The notes: a model not told the origin generated them from the letters alone. A stretch of 64,000 nucleotides of DNA from Promethearchaeota archaeon (GCA_048939625.1 JBHLPH010000006.1:1-64000), one strand, 5' to 3'. Shown: positions 28,365 through 37,686, counted from the first letter of the stretch. Translations and numbers: made by a program.

Positions 28365-29162
28365 ATGTCTGATGAGCCTATGGAGGACAAAGATGTCATG
28401 GTAGTTCAGGAAACGCTCTTTGAGATTGTAGAGCTTATTGAACAACCTAAAGGAAAGAAGCATGCAATCATAGCCTTGCCCGATGCAGGATTAGTTGGAA
28501 CTATTGCTGGAATGCATATGGTTCAAGCCCTCAACATGCAACTGGTAGGTTATATTGACACTGAAATTATGCCGCCGGTTGCCGTGATTCACAATCGGAA
28601 GGCACGACCACCAATCCAGTTATATGCAAACGATGATTTCCTGCTCATCGTTTCAGAGATTCCCCTGCCTAATGAAGCTATGCGACCTGTATCTACCGCT
28701 ATCTTACAGTATCTACAAGAAATAGAGCCGAAATCCATAACGGCATTGGGAGGAACACCTTTACCTCCTGCCCTTCGATCGCAAATTGAGGTTCCAGAGG
28801 TTTATGGAATTGCTACAACAGAGTCAGCATATGACCAAATTATGGATAAGAAAATCAAGTTTTTAGATGAGGGAATTGTTGCTGGTGCTTACGCAATATT
28901 GCTTCTAGAGGCACAACGACAAAAGATCCCAGTAACTTACATCATGGCACAAGCTTTCCTGAATTTCCCTGATCCCGGAGCAGCGGCAGAAACCATAAAG
29001 ACCCTGTCTACTTTAACGGGCATTCCGATTCCTACAAAGGCACTAATTGAAGGGGCAGAAGAGGTTCGTGTTCGGGTTCGAGATTTAATGAATCAAACGG
29101 CCACAACCATGCAGACTAGTGGTAAAGAACAGGAGTTCCAGATACCTGCATTTTACTCGTGA
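28365..29162 (+). CDS. PAC2-family proteasome assembly chaperone with C-terminal HbYX motif
   Basis: PDAGLVGTIA, PDPGAAA, LIEGAEEV, terminal -FYS. Confidence 0.9.
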   Translation: MSDEPMEDKDVMVVQETLFEIVELIEQPKGKKHAIIALPDAGLVGTIAGMHMVQALNMQLVGYIDTEIMPPVAVIHNRKARPPIQLYANDDFLLIVSEIPLPNEAMRPVSTAILQYLQEIEPKSITALGGTPLPPALRSQIEVPEVYGIATTESAYDQIMDKKIKFLDEGIVAGAYAILLLEAQRQKIPVTYIMAQAFLNFPDPGAAAETIKTLSTLTGIPIPTKALIEGAEEVRVRVRDLMNQTATTMQTSGKEQEFQIPAFYS

Positions 29163-29177
29163 TAGGAGGTTCAAGAC

Positions 29178-29648
29178 ATGCCTGAAGTGAAACAGCCCAA
29201 GAAACGAAAAAATGAACTTGAACGCCTTGATGATTCAGTCAAAGATCTACAAACTCGATTTGATGAAATCTTTGGCACATCGATGGGAGTACGTTCAAAG
29301 AGTCGAAATTTATGGGATGGAGATGCCTGTTGTCTTGAAGCTCTGGGTGATGTTCAAGAAACCGAAACCGAATATGTTGTGACCCTAGATTTGCCCATGG
29401 TAAACAAGGAGGATATTAAAATCACCGCATCTGATAGAGAACTCACCGTCCAGGCTAAAATGCGCGAAGAGATCCACTATGAGAGATGGGGAACGGTCCA
29501 ACGTGAAATTCGCTTTCAAAGTCTGTCAAAGAAGGTTCCCCTCCCACGAGATGCCGATGCCGACCATATCAAAGCCGGATTTAATGAAGGATTCTTAGAA
29601 ATCCATATTCCCAAAAGAAAGCAGAAAAGACAGGTACAAATTGATTAG
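29178..29648 (+). CDS. hsp20: small heat-shock protein (Hsp20/alpha-crystallin)
   Basis: DLPMVNKEDIKI, AGFNEGFLEIHIPK, C-terminal VQI. Confidence 0.92.
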   Translation: MPEVKQPKKRKNELERLDDSVKDLQTRFDEIFGTSMGVRSKSRNLWDGDACCLEALGDVQETETEYVVTLDLPMVNKEDIKITASDRELTVQAKMREEIHYERWGTVQREIRFQSLSKKVPLPRDADADHIKAGFNEGFLEIHIPKRKQKRQVQID

Positions 29649-29915
29649 CCTAGCATCTGTGTCTCCGCTATTTGATTTAACATGGCATCTGCCACATGAG
29701 GGGTTGAAGCCTAATACTGCGTCGTAATGAATTCAATACCAAGTTCACCCCCTTTTCGAGCTAAGACATCAAAGAAGGAATTCCCTCGGTCAACTATGAT
29801 AACAAAGACATAGTGTACCTATTCATTGGCAAAACATTGGGCTAGATTTTCCTCGCTTGAAATTATCACGATTTCACAGATCCTTTCGTCAAAGGTTCGC
29901 CAACTACGGCATGTT
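29645..29915 (-). pseudogene. possible degenerate coding remnant (weakly Mrp/ApbC C-terminus-like)
   Basis: One frame reads ..FFDVLARKGGELGIEFITTQY*ASTPHVADAM.. with two internal TAG stops. Confidence 0.25.
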
Positions 29916-29966
29916 TTGTCTTCTTACAGTCTACTGTTTGCGAAACAAGCGATATTTTTATATGTA

Positions 29967-29988
29967 GTTTTGAATATATATTCAAAAC
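29967..29988. promoter_or_regulatory. perfect 22-bp palindromic operator between TATA box and start of the DUF134 gene
   Basis: GTTTTGAATATATATTCAAAAC; TTTTTATAT at 29955-29963; GTG start at 29989. Confidence 0.75.
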
Positions 29989-30426
29989 GTGCCAAGACCA
30001 CATAAGCGTAGATTCGTTCACGCCGAACCCAATGTGAGCTACTATAAACCGAGAGGCATACCCATCGGCACAATTGATGAAGTTGTTCTAACTGTCGATG
30101 AGTATGAAGCTCTTCGTGTCAAAGATCACTTGGGACTTTCTCAAAACGAAGCTGCTCAGCAGTTAAAGGTGTCCCAACCCACTTTGCATCGGATTCTAAA
30201 ATCCGCTCATGCCAAAGTCGCGGATGCCTTAGTAAACGGAAAAGCCCTTCGAATTGAGGGGGGACCCATCGAGTTACCAGATTTACGCTGGTTTAGATGT
30301 TTTACCTGTCAACACCAGTGGACGGAACCCTTTGGGACTGGTAGACCAAATAGCTGTCCTAAATGTGAGAGCCACTATCTGCGCCGGTTAGCACTATCAG
30401 AAGTTAATGAACAAGGAGATGTATGA
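29989..30426 (+). CDS. DUF134 (UPF0251) DNA-binding protein with zinc ribbon
   Basis: MPRP, EYEALRVKD..GLSQNEAA..VSQPTLHRIL..A..KVADALV.GKALRIEGG; CFTC..CPKC. Confidence 0.92.
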   Translation: MPRPHKRRFVHAEPNVSYYKPRGIPIGTIDEVVLTVDEYEALRVKDHLGLSQNEAAQQLKVSQPTLHRILKSAHAKVADALVNGKALRIEGGPIELPDLRWFRCFTCQHQWTEPFGTGRPNSCPKCESHYLRRLALSEVNEQGDV

Positions 30427-30844
30427 AACGAAAATTTGTATAACCGCTCAAGGTCCAACCCTTGATGCCCCAATTGATTCTCGATTCGGACGATGCGCAA
30501 ATTTCATTTTTGTAGACTCAAAGTCCATGAAGTTTGAAACCGTGCCTAATCCCGGAGCAATGGCAGGCGGAGGAGCTGGGATTCAAGCGGCTCAATTTGT
30601 TGTTGATCATCAAGCCCAAGTTGTCTTGACTGGTCACGTCGGACCAAACGCTTACCATGCCCTCAACTCTGGAGGCATAGAAGTATACACCGGGATTGCG
30701 GGAAGTGTACAAGATGCCATTAACCAATTCAAGAATAACCAGCTCACTAAGGCATCTTCATCAACCGCGCCTGCCCATACGGGAATGGGTCGACGTGGCG
30801 GAGGACGTGGTGGAGGACGCGGTGGGGGCCGCGATCGATGGTAA
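30419..30844 (+). CDS. NifB/NifX family (FeMo-co biosynthesis-like) protein with Gly/Arg tail
   Basis: RFGRCANF, GGAGIQAAQ, GPNA; GRGGG repeats. Confidence 0.9.
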   Translation: MYETKICITAQGPTLDAPIDSRFGRCANFIFVDSKSMKFETVPNPGAMAGGGAGIQAAQFVVDHQAQVVLTGHVGPNAYHALNSGGIEVYTGIAGSVQDAINQFKNNQLTKASSSTAPAHTGMGRRGGGRGGGRGGGRDRW

Positions 30845-30877
30845 AAATGCTCAAATGAATTTTAGGAGATGTGCAAT

Positions 30878-31252
30878 ATGGTTGAACGTGTTGTTGTTCC
30901 TGTCTTGGATGAGGCAGGTGAAGCAAGCCAATTATCTCCACATTTTGGTCGAGCTCCACTCTTTGCAATCGTTCATTTCTCAGAGAATAGAGAGATTGGG
31001 AAAATTGAGTTCGCCCCTAATAGGAGTGAGCATTTCGGAGGACAAGGACGGCCCCCAGATATTCTTCTTAGCTTTGTACCAAATACAGTTATCACCTTTG
31101 GTATGGGTCCTCGAGCCCTTCGACGATTCCAAGCAGAGGGTGTTGCGGTCATGCAAGCAACATCACAGAATTTAGGCGAAGTCCTTAGAGCGTATCAGAA
31201 CGACCAATTGATGGAATTAACTGAAGGATGTCGTGAAGCACGGCATAAATAA
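30878..31252 (+). CDS. NifB/NifX family protein
   Basis: SPHFGRAPLF, GMGPRA, terminal C..H. Confidence 0.88.
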   Translation: MVERVVVPVLDEAGEASQLSPHFGRAPLFAIVHFSENREIGKIEFAPNRSEHFGGQGRPPDILLSFVPNTVITFGMGPRALRRFQAEGVAVMQATSQNLGEVLRAYQNDQLMELTEGCREARHK

Positions 31253-31294
31253 TTGGATGCTTTTCATTGCGTTTGGATTAAGGTGTAAAATAGA

Positions 31295-32140
31295 TTGAAA
31301 ATTGCCGTTGCTAGCGGAAAAGGAGGAACGGGAAAAACATCGTTTGCTGTGAACCTGGCCCTCTCCTTATCTAGCCCTGTCCAAATATTAGACTGTGATG
31401 CAGATGAACCAAATGTACATACTCTTCTTCCGTTAAACGAGGAAGAAGTTGAACCCGTGTATACATTGGTACCTAAATTCAATCAGAAAAAATGCACTCA
31501 ATCAAAAGAGTGTGTTAAATTCTGCCCTAATAATGCCATCTTTGTTGGTAAAAATGGGGTTAGTTTCTTTCCAGAACTGTGCATCGGTTGTGGGGGTTGT
31601 ATTATCGTTTGCCCAAATCAAGCGATTAAAGAAGGCAAACGCAGATTGGGTGCAATCCATCATGGGGTTACAAAAGAAGGTGTGCAAGTTGTTTATGGAA
31701 ACCTCGATGTCGGTGAACCCCTTGTCGTCCCAGTAATCAAGGCTGTTAAAGAACACGCTAGTATAAGTAATGAAACCACCGTGATTATCGATTGTCCGCC
31801 AGGTGTTTCTTGCCCCATGGTTGAATCAGTGCATGGCACAGATTATGCTATTTTAGTAACTGAACCAACTCCTTTTGGCTTACATGATCTGCAGCTGGCT
31901 GTTGACACTATCCGTCAGCTGGAAATCCCAATCGGGGTTGTGGTTAATAGAGCAGGAATTGGAGATCAGCATGTATACTCCTATTGTTCCAGCGAAGACC
32001 TTCCTATCTTGTTAGAAATTCCCCATAGTCGTCGAATTGCAGAATTATTCGCTGAAGGTATCCCATTTGTCACTAAAATGATTGAATGGAAACCGAAACT
32101 GGAAACTGCTTTCCAAACGATTCAGGAGGCTATCCGCTGA
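31295..32140 (+). CDS. MinD/ParA-type P-loop ATPase with inserted ferredoxin domain
   Basis: SGKGGTGKT, DCDADEPN, CxxCxxCxxxCP, DCPPG, VTEPTPFGLHDL. Confidence 0.92.
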   Translation: MKIAVASGKGGTGKTSFAVNLALSLSSPVQILDCDADEPNVHTLLPLNEEEVEPVYTLVPKFNQKKCTQSKECVKFCPNNAIFVGKNGVSFFPELCIGCGGCIIVCPNQAIKEGKRRLGAIHHGVTKEGVQVVYGNLDVGEPLVVPVIKAVKEHASISNETTVIIDCPPGVSCPMVESVHGTDYAILVTEPTPFGLHDLQLAVDTIRQLEIPIGVVVNRAGIGDQHVYSYCSSEDLPILLEIPHSRRIAELFAEGIPFVTKMIEWKPKLETAFQTIQEAIR

Positions 32141-33012
32141 TGAAAGAGCTTGTGATTGTAAGTGGAAAAGGCGGAACAGGAAAGACATCCATTGCTGCTT
32201 CATTAGCCGCTTTAGCGCCGAATGCAATTTTGGCAGACTGTGATGTTGATGCCCCTAACCTGCATCTACTGCTTGCTCCTGAAATCAAATCTTCCGAAGA
32301 ATTCATTGAGGCGAAAGTCGCCATAATTAATCCCGAATTATGTACCAGTTGTGGTGTTTGTGAAGCTGCATGCAAATTTGATGCAATAACACCTGATTAC
32401 CAAGTTGACCCAATTATGTGTGAAGGGTGCGGAGTCTGTTACGTAAGCTGTCCAACCTCAGCAATTGAGATGCAAGAACGACTTTCAGGTTACATCTATT
32501 CTTCCGAAACCAAGTATGGTCCTATGGCTCATGCCCTCTTGCTTGCAGGTGAAAGTAATTCAGGAAAACTAGTAACGCGTGTACGAGAACTCGCATCGAA
32601 ATTAGCAACACAGCATGAGAAGGATCTTATCATAATTGATGGGCCACCAGGTATAGCTTGTGCAGCCATATCAGCAATTACTGGTGCTTCAGCGGGTCTC
32701 ATTGTTACTGAACCCACAATGGCTGCTATTCATGATATGGAAAGAATCCTTGAACTTTTCGAACACTTTCGCATCCCTGTGAGTGTACTCATTAACAAAG
32801 CCGATTTGAACCGACAAAAAACTTCTGAAATTCGGAACTATTGTCAGCAGAAAGGTACACCCATTTTAGGTGAATTGCTTTATGATACCATTATGTACAA
32901 AGCCGTTGTTGCTGGACGTCCTATTGTTGAATTCGCACCAAGGAATCACCTCTCCAAGGCTTTAGAAAATATATGGAAAAACGTTGAGCAACAGCTCAAC
33001 GCCCATGATTAA
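32140..33012 (+). CDS. second MinD/ParA-type ATPase with ferredoxin domain
   Basis: SGKGGTGKT, DCDVDAPNLHL, two 4Fe-4S motifs, SGKLV; TGATG overlap with the upstream gene. Confidence 0.92.
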   Translation: MKELVIVSGKGGTGKTSIAASLAALAPNAILADCDVDAPNLHLLLAPEIKSSEEFIEAKVAIINPELCTSCGVCEAACKFDAITPDYQVDPIMCEGCGVCYVSCPTSAIEMQERLSGYIYSSETKYGPMAHALLLAGESNSGKLVTRVRELASKLATQHEKDLIIIDGPPGIACAAISAITGASAGLIVTEPTMAAIHDMERILELFEHFRIPVSVLINKADLNRQKTSEIRNYCQQKGTPILGELLYDTIMYKAVVAGRPIVEFAPRNHLSKALENIWKNVEQQLNAHD

Positions 33013-33063
33013 AAAAATGGGGAACCGTCTTGATCTGATTCTGATGTAGTAGGGTGCCGAAGA

Positions 33064-33348
33064 CTATTTGCTAATTTTTGCTCCACAGCTAGGACAATAA
33101 TTAGCGTCGATTGGGAGGGGAGCGCTACATTTAGTACAGAAATTTATGTTGGATGCGAATTGGTTTGGGAAGGGAGGGGTTTGTTCAGAAGCGGATCCTT
33201 GATTTTGTTGTTGTGAGTATAGGTACCAGCAACTACCACGCCCATAGAGCCAACCGGGTCGTTGCCATGGAGGCAGATGTGAGAAAGGTCCATTACCTGG
33301 CCATTGGCCTTGATTGCGTCCACGTCCTCGATTTCCACGTTGCCACAT
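33064..33348 (-). CDS. small Gly/Arg/Trp-rich protein with zinc ribbon (DUF5320-like)
   Basis: WPGNGPFSHLPPWQRPGWLYGRG; CTKC..CPSCG. Confidence 0.7.
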   Translation of the reverse strand: MWQRGNRGRGRNQGQWPGNGPFSHLPPWQRPGWLYGRGSCWYLYSQQQNQGSASEQTPPFPNQFASNINFCTKCSAPLPIDANYCPSCGAKISK

Positions 33349-33364
33349 TTAGGTTATCACCTCT

Positions 33365-33407
33365 TTTTGTGTTTATGCACACAAGTATTTTGTGTATATG
33401 CACAGAA
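33365..33407. promoter_or_regulatory. two imperfect 20-bp palindromes matching the 29967 operator
   Basis: TTTTGTGTTTATGCACACAA (33365-33384) and TTTTGTGTATATGCACAGAA (33388-33407), next to a minus-strand TTTATATAT box at 33408-33416. Confidence 0.65.
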
Positions 33408-33448
33408 ATATATAAATGTATCCAACCAGCAATTGTTAATGAACAAAA

Positions 33449-33772
33449 ATGAGATATCGTCGTGGATGGGGCGGCCGCGGACGTCCGCCAAAACCAGTTA
33501 GTTTAGGCCAGGTACCTGCACAGACCTCTTTTATCCCAACCGAGATTAAAAACAGTAACCCCCTACACCTCTACGCATCAGAACTTGAAGCAATGCGCCT
33601 TGTAGACAAGGATAGCCTGGAGCAAAAGGATGCAGGAAAAAAAATGGGAGTGTCTCGAGGAACGGTATGGCGTCTTCTTCAAAGCGGTCGAAAGAAAGTC
33701 ATTACTGCACTAACAGAAAGCCGTCCTTTGATAATTGTTGTCAAGGACGATAAGCTTCCAGAAAAATATTGA
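33449..33772 (+). CDS. second DUF134 protein
   Basis: GRPPKP, ELEAMRLVD..LEQKDAGKKMGVSRGTVWRLLQSGRKKV. Confidence 0.9.
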   Translation: MRYRRGWGGRGRPPKPVSLGQVPAQTSFIPTEIKNSNPLHLYASELEAMRLVDKDSLEQKDAGKKMGVSRGTVWRLLQSGRKKVITALTESRPLIIVVKDDKLPEKY

Positions 33773-33808
33773 AGATAGGTCCAAAGGATAAGAGAAGGAC
33801 TAACGGTC

Positions 33809-34804
33809 ATGGATTTGGTTTATGGCCCAGTAATGTCGTGGCGGTTCGGAAGGTCTTTAGGAATTGATCCTGTTCCGCCCCCTAAAAGATGTACCTTTAA
33901 CTGTATTTACTGTCAATTAGGACCCACGCAATTTCCTGTAAAATCTATATCGCGAGCCCAGCATGCATTCCCTCACACCGAGATGTTACGGAAGAATCTT
34001 GAGAATTATCTCCGTCAATTGTCTGTTGAGAGTTTAGATGTGGTGACGTTTTCGGGTTCTGGTGAGCCCACTCTTAACTTAGAATTAGGATCAATGGTGA
34101 AAATCGTACGTAAACAGGTTCCAGAGCTGCCTGTTGTATTATTAACAAATGGATCGGTATTAGGAAATCGAAGAGTACTAAGAAACCTTAGGGAATTTGA
34201 CATTGTCACAATTAAATTCGATGCTGGGAATGATGCAACCCACCGTGTAATTAACAGACCGCTGATTGCATTCCGTCATGCCCAACTGATTAAAGCCATT
34301 CATGAATTTCGAAAAATAAGTGATGTTACGATAGCTCTTGAAGTAATGCTACTGAAAACGGACTCCGGGTTTTCATCAATAAGTGGAGCAGCCCGTGAGT
34401 CTTTAGTGCAGGAATTAATTAAAGTTGCACCAGTTGTGGATTTGATTCAGCTTTACACGCCTTGGCGACCACCTAGTAATAAACATGTAAAGCCAATTGA
34501 AAAATCCGAATTAGTGGATTTTGCTTCTACACTTGAAGATACATACGAACCGGAACGAATTTGGATTTACGGTATTCATGATGCACGAAAAGAGAGTGCC
34601 ACTTGGAAGGCGCACCAATCCCTACAAACTGATTTGTTAACCATGCTTCAGCGTCGCCCATGTCGACTCAGGGATTTATCACAATCACTTGATATTCCAG
34701 CTCATTCCTTAATCTCAATGATTTCGCAACTTCGCCGAACACGCCAAATCATCACTAGAGAACAGACCAATGAAGTCTTTTATTATGCTCCGATTGAAAG
34801 TTAA
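33809..34804 (+). CDS. radical SAM protein with C-terminal HTH
   Basis: YGPV.SWRFGRSLGID, CTFNCIYC, FSGSGEPTL. Confidence 0.9.
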   Translation: MDLVYGPVMSWRFGRSLGIDPVPPPKRCTFNCIYCQLGPTQFPVKSISRAQHAFPHTEMLRKNLENYLRQLSVESLDVVTFSGSGEPTLNLELGSMVKIVRKQVPELPVVLLTNGSVLGNRRVLRNLREFDIVTIKFDAGNDATHRVINRPLIAFRHAQLIKAIHEFRKISDVTIALEVMLLKTDSGFSSISGAARESLVQELIKVAPVVDLIQLYTPWRPPSNKHVKPIEKSELVDFASTLEDTYEPERIWIYGIHDARKESATWKAHQSLQTDLLTMLQRRPCRLRDLSQSLDIPAHSLISMISQLRRTRQIITREQTNEVFYYAPIES

Positions 34805-36063
34805 TCGTTAGGAAAGTATTTGTTTGGATCTTCATGGAATACTTTCTCAGCGGTTTTATTCGCACCAGGCGTATCTAGTTCTAAATCACGCTTTGTACCT
34901 TTGGATTCATGAAGAACTTCTTTGAAAACATCACTTTGGATTATCAGCCGCATGATTTCGCTACTTCCTGTCCAAATAGTGGCAAGACGGGCATCACGGA
35001 ATAACCTCTCGATGGGATAGACGTCGGTGTATCCAATTCCTCCTAGAATTTGCATAGACTCTGAAACAGATTGAAGACATGCCTCTGTGGCGAAGAGCTT
35101 GGCTTGAGAGACAGCTTTCCGACTGGGGTTACCTGCATCAGCAAGACGTGCAGCGCGGTAGATAAGACCACGCGCAGCATCCAAGGCTGTGGCACAATCA
35201 GCAATTTTGAAGCTGATTCCTTCAAATCGGCTAATAGTTTTGCCAAAGGCTTCGCGTCGTGCAGCATAGCGGATAGCAAGTTCTAACGCAGCCTGCCCTA
35301 ATCCGATCGCTCCTGCAGCGGAGGTAAGTCGTTCAGGCACCATCATGGCATTGAAAATGTCAGTGGCACCATCTAATTTTCCAATCAGGTTTGTTTTAGG
35401 CACTTTTACATCTTTTAGGACAATTCGGGCAGCTCCCATCCCTCGGCAGCCCATAAGGCTGTAGTGTTCATCGACTTCAACGCCCATATCTCGATCCACA
35501 AGGAAGGCACTCATTGACTTATGAGGAGGAGCCTTTGTGTTGGTCTTTGCATATATCAAGAAATAGTCCGCGCCAATGCCACCTGCTACGAATCGTTTCT
35601 CACCATTGATTACAAAATGATTACCTTGGGGGACTGCTGAGGTTATTGTGCCAAAGAAATCAGACCCACCTCGCGGTTCAGTAAGTCCTTCGGCACAAAT
35701 TTTTTCACCCCGAAGTGTTGGAGCGAGGTAGGTTTTCTTTTGAGCGGTTGAACCGAAGAGATTGATAGCCTCTCCCACGATACTTGGAAGAGAATAGGCA
35801 CAGCCTAAGGCGATTCCTAAAACGCCGATTTCCTCGATAGCCAGCATTTCGGAGACCCAATTGAGATTGCGTCCAGCGAATTGTTTTGGAAAACGCAAAC
35901 CGATGAGGTTGGCCTTAGTTGCCGCCTTAATGAAGTCGTATGGGTATTCTTGCTCATTTCCATCCATCCGAATAATTAGGCTGGGATCAACTTTATTTCG
36001 CACAAACTCCCGAACTTCATCTCGGATTTGTCGTTCACCGTCGGTGAGTAATATATCAAACAT
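34801..36063 (-). CDS. acyl-CoA dehydrogenase
   Basis: LTEPRGGSD, NGEKRF, R.AFGK.I..F, QILGGIGY, RDARLATIWTGSSEI. Confidence 0.93.
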   Translation of the reverse strand: MFDILLTDGERQIRDEVREFVRNKVDPSLIIRMDGNEQEYPYDFIKAATKANLIGLRFPKQFAGRNLNWVSEMLAIEEIGVLGIALGCAYSLPSIVGEAINLFGSTAQKKTYLAPTLRGEKICAEGLTEPRGGSDFFGTITSAVPQGNHFVINGEKRFVAGGIGADYFLIYAKTNTKAPPHKSMSAFLVDRDMGVEVDEHYSLMGCRGMGAARIVLKDVKVPKTNLIGKLDGATDIFNAMMVPERLTSAAGAIGLGQAALELAIRYAARREAFGKTISRFEGISFKIADCATALDAARGLIYRAARLADAGNPSRKAVSQAKLFATEACLQSVSESMQILGGIGYTDVYPIERLFRDARLATIWTGSSEIMRLIIQSDVFKEVLHESKGTKRDLELDTPGANKTAEKVFHEDPNKYFPND

Positions 36064-36113
36064 GCTGACACCTCTTTTCAAGATTGTTCAGAGTATTTGT
36101 ATACCTTATAATG

Positions 36114-36449
36114 TTAGTCTAATAAAGCGCTTAAGGTGTTGGATTCGGATGCTGTTCGCATAATGATTATGGCATCCTCCGGACAGACCATTTCACAAGC
36201 AAGACATTCCAGACACGCAGTTTCTTCGACAGGATCAGCTTTGATTTCCCCGGATGCACTTTCGAATGGTTCAAAAACATCCTCTGGACATACCTTGATG
36301 CATTTCAAGCAGCCAGTGCAACTATCAAAATCAACGGCCACTCGAGTTCCATGAATCCCATGATGCGAAGTGCCAGATTGCCATACCCAATGGTTATGAT
36401 GGCGGTTCGTTTGTTTCCATTTTGATTGGAAGCTTGGGTCGATTGGCAT
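36114..36449 (-). CDS. zfx: zinc-containing ferredoxin-like dicluster ferredoxin
   Basis: PIDP N-terminal extension with HHNH..GIHGT.VAVDFD.C and KADP; two CxxCxxCxxxCP motifs. Confidence 0.8.
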   Translation of the reverse strand: MPIDPSFQSKWKQTNRHHNHWVWQSGTSHHGIHGTRVAVDFDSCTGCLKCIKVCPEDVFEPFESASGEIKADPVEETACLECLACEMVCPEDAIIIMRTASESNTLSALLD

Positions 36450-36615
36450 TGGTATCACGATTTCGCACACATATTATTGACAGGTCGTCGGTTCTCTAAC
36501 CATCTGATAGTGCCCGTATATCTTAAGTACAGTGATGGTTCGAGATGGTGTCAAATGTGTTTGCAGAATTACTCTCTACACAGATGGGGTGTTCCAAATC
36601 TCACGGATAAAGGGA

Positions 36616-37116
36616 ATGCAAATAACTTCGCTTTCTAAGCACAATCTCGAGATAGCAGCACGAATCTATGCGCAGGGTCTATTAATGGAAGAACCGCCTG
36701 GCTCCTCCGAGTCCTTAGAGGAGTTGGTAGAGTTAATGCGACTCCATTTGCAAACAGCTTTGGATGTCAGAACGAATAGGCGTATTTGGCTTGCAATAGT
36801 CAAAGAACAAGTGAAAGGCCTCGTTGATTTCTATCATCGTCAAAGTGAACTCTTTATTCGATTTATCTGTGCAATTCCTCCTCGTAAGGGCGTTGGGACT
36901 TGGCTTCTACAAAAACTAGCCCAGTATGCAATAAATCATAGAATTGATATAGTGAACGCCACGGTAAGTTCTCGTGATTCCCGCGCTCAGCGTTTTTATT
37001 TTCAACACTTGAATTTTCAAAAGACTGGAAGTCGAATAGATGAGCTAGGATTAGAATTGTATCTGGCTGAGATTTCTTCTCAAACCTTGTTAGAGAACTG
37101 TATTCGACGGGAATGA
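36616..37116 (+). CDS. GNAT family N-acetyltransferase
   Basis: RKGVGTWLL, AQRFYF..LNF motifs. Confidence 0.75.
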   Translation: MQITSLSKHNLEIAARIYAQGLLMEEPPGSSESLEELVELMRLHLQTALDVRTNRRIWLAIVKEQVKGLVDFYHRQSELFIRFICAIPPRKGVGTWLLQKLAQYAINHRIDIVNATVSSRDSRAQRFYFQHLNFQKTGSRIDELGLELYLAEISSQTLLENCIRRE

Positions 37117-37161
37117 AAAAAGAGAAAGAGGAACCTTCACGTCCAGGAGGGGACATGAAGG
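37116..37161 (-). terminator. hairpin plus U-tract downstream of ssb
   Basis: CCTTCATGTCC-CCTCCT-GGACGTGAAGG followed by TTCCTCTTTCTCTTTTTT on the minus strand. Confidence 0.6.
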
Positions 37162-37185
37162 CTATTATGGATAAATCGGGGAGAA

Positions 37186-37686
37186 TTAGTAGCGTCGTCC
37201 GCGGTCACCACGGTCACCACGGTCACCACGGTCACCACGGTCACCACGATCGCGTCGATCGCCACGTCGATATCCACCTCGACCACCGCCGTAGCTGCGG
37301 CGACGGTAACGTTGTTCGTGCTCAGCAGCGGACATATCGTTTTCAGCGTCAATTTCTTCTATACCGTCTTCGGCTTCGTTAATTTCTCCGTATCGACCTA
37401 TGTTAAGGCGGAGGTGTCCTTGAAACAGGCTGGTATAGCCTTTTTCCAGACGGTAGGTTTTGTCGACTTCGATTGCTTCAATATTGTCATCCCATAGACT
37501 CAATAAGACAACACCGGTGGAATCGCCAGCTGTAGCGTCAACAACTCGGTGGGTCTCACCATCTTTGCGGGAGGTGACTTCGCGTTCTTCGCCCTTCTCG
37601 ACGACTTTGAAGGTGATGTTCAAACTTTTCATATAGGGTCGCAGTTCTGCGACTGTAGCCTCAACGGGCTCTCGGTCGTAGCTCAT
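37186..37686 (-). CDS. ssb: single-OB-fold SSB/RPA-like protein with RG/(GDR)n tail (paralogue 1)
   Basis: GDSTG.V.LSLWD, GYTSLFQGHLRLNIGRYG; start at MSYDREP by alignment with paralogue 2. Confidence 0.9.
   Translation of the reverse strand: MSYDREPVEATVAELRPYMKSLNITFKVVEKGEEREVTSRKDGETHRVVDATAGDSTGVVLLSLWDDNIEAIEVDKTYRLEKGYTSLFQGHLRLNIGRYGEINEAEDGIEEIDAENDMSAAEHEQRYRRRSYGGGRGGYRRGDRRDRGDRGDRGDRGDRGDRGRRY
37202..37246. repeat. 5 x 9-bp perfect tandem repeat (CGGTCACCA) encoding (GDR)5
   Basis: Read directly from the sequence. Confidence 0.95.

Noticed and set aside
30419-31252. Nitrogen fixation inferred from NifB/NifX-family genes
   Set aside because: No nifH/D/K present; this domain is common in non-diazotrophic anaerobes within the DUF134/MinD cluster
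37113-37382. His-rich (GHH)5 ORF as a metal-binding peptide; RGD integrin motifs in the SSB tail
   Set aside because: The ORF is the antisense reading of the 9-bp repeat inside ssb; the SSB has no export signal, so RGD is incidental
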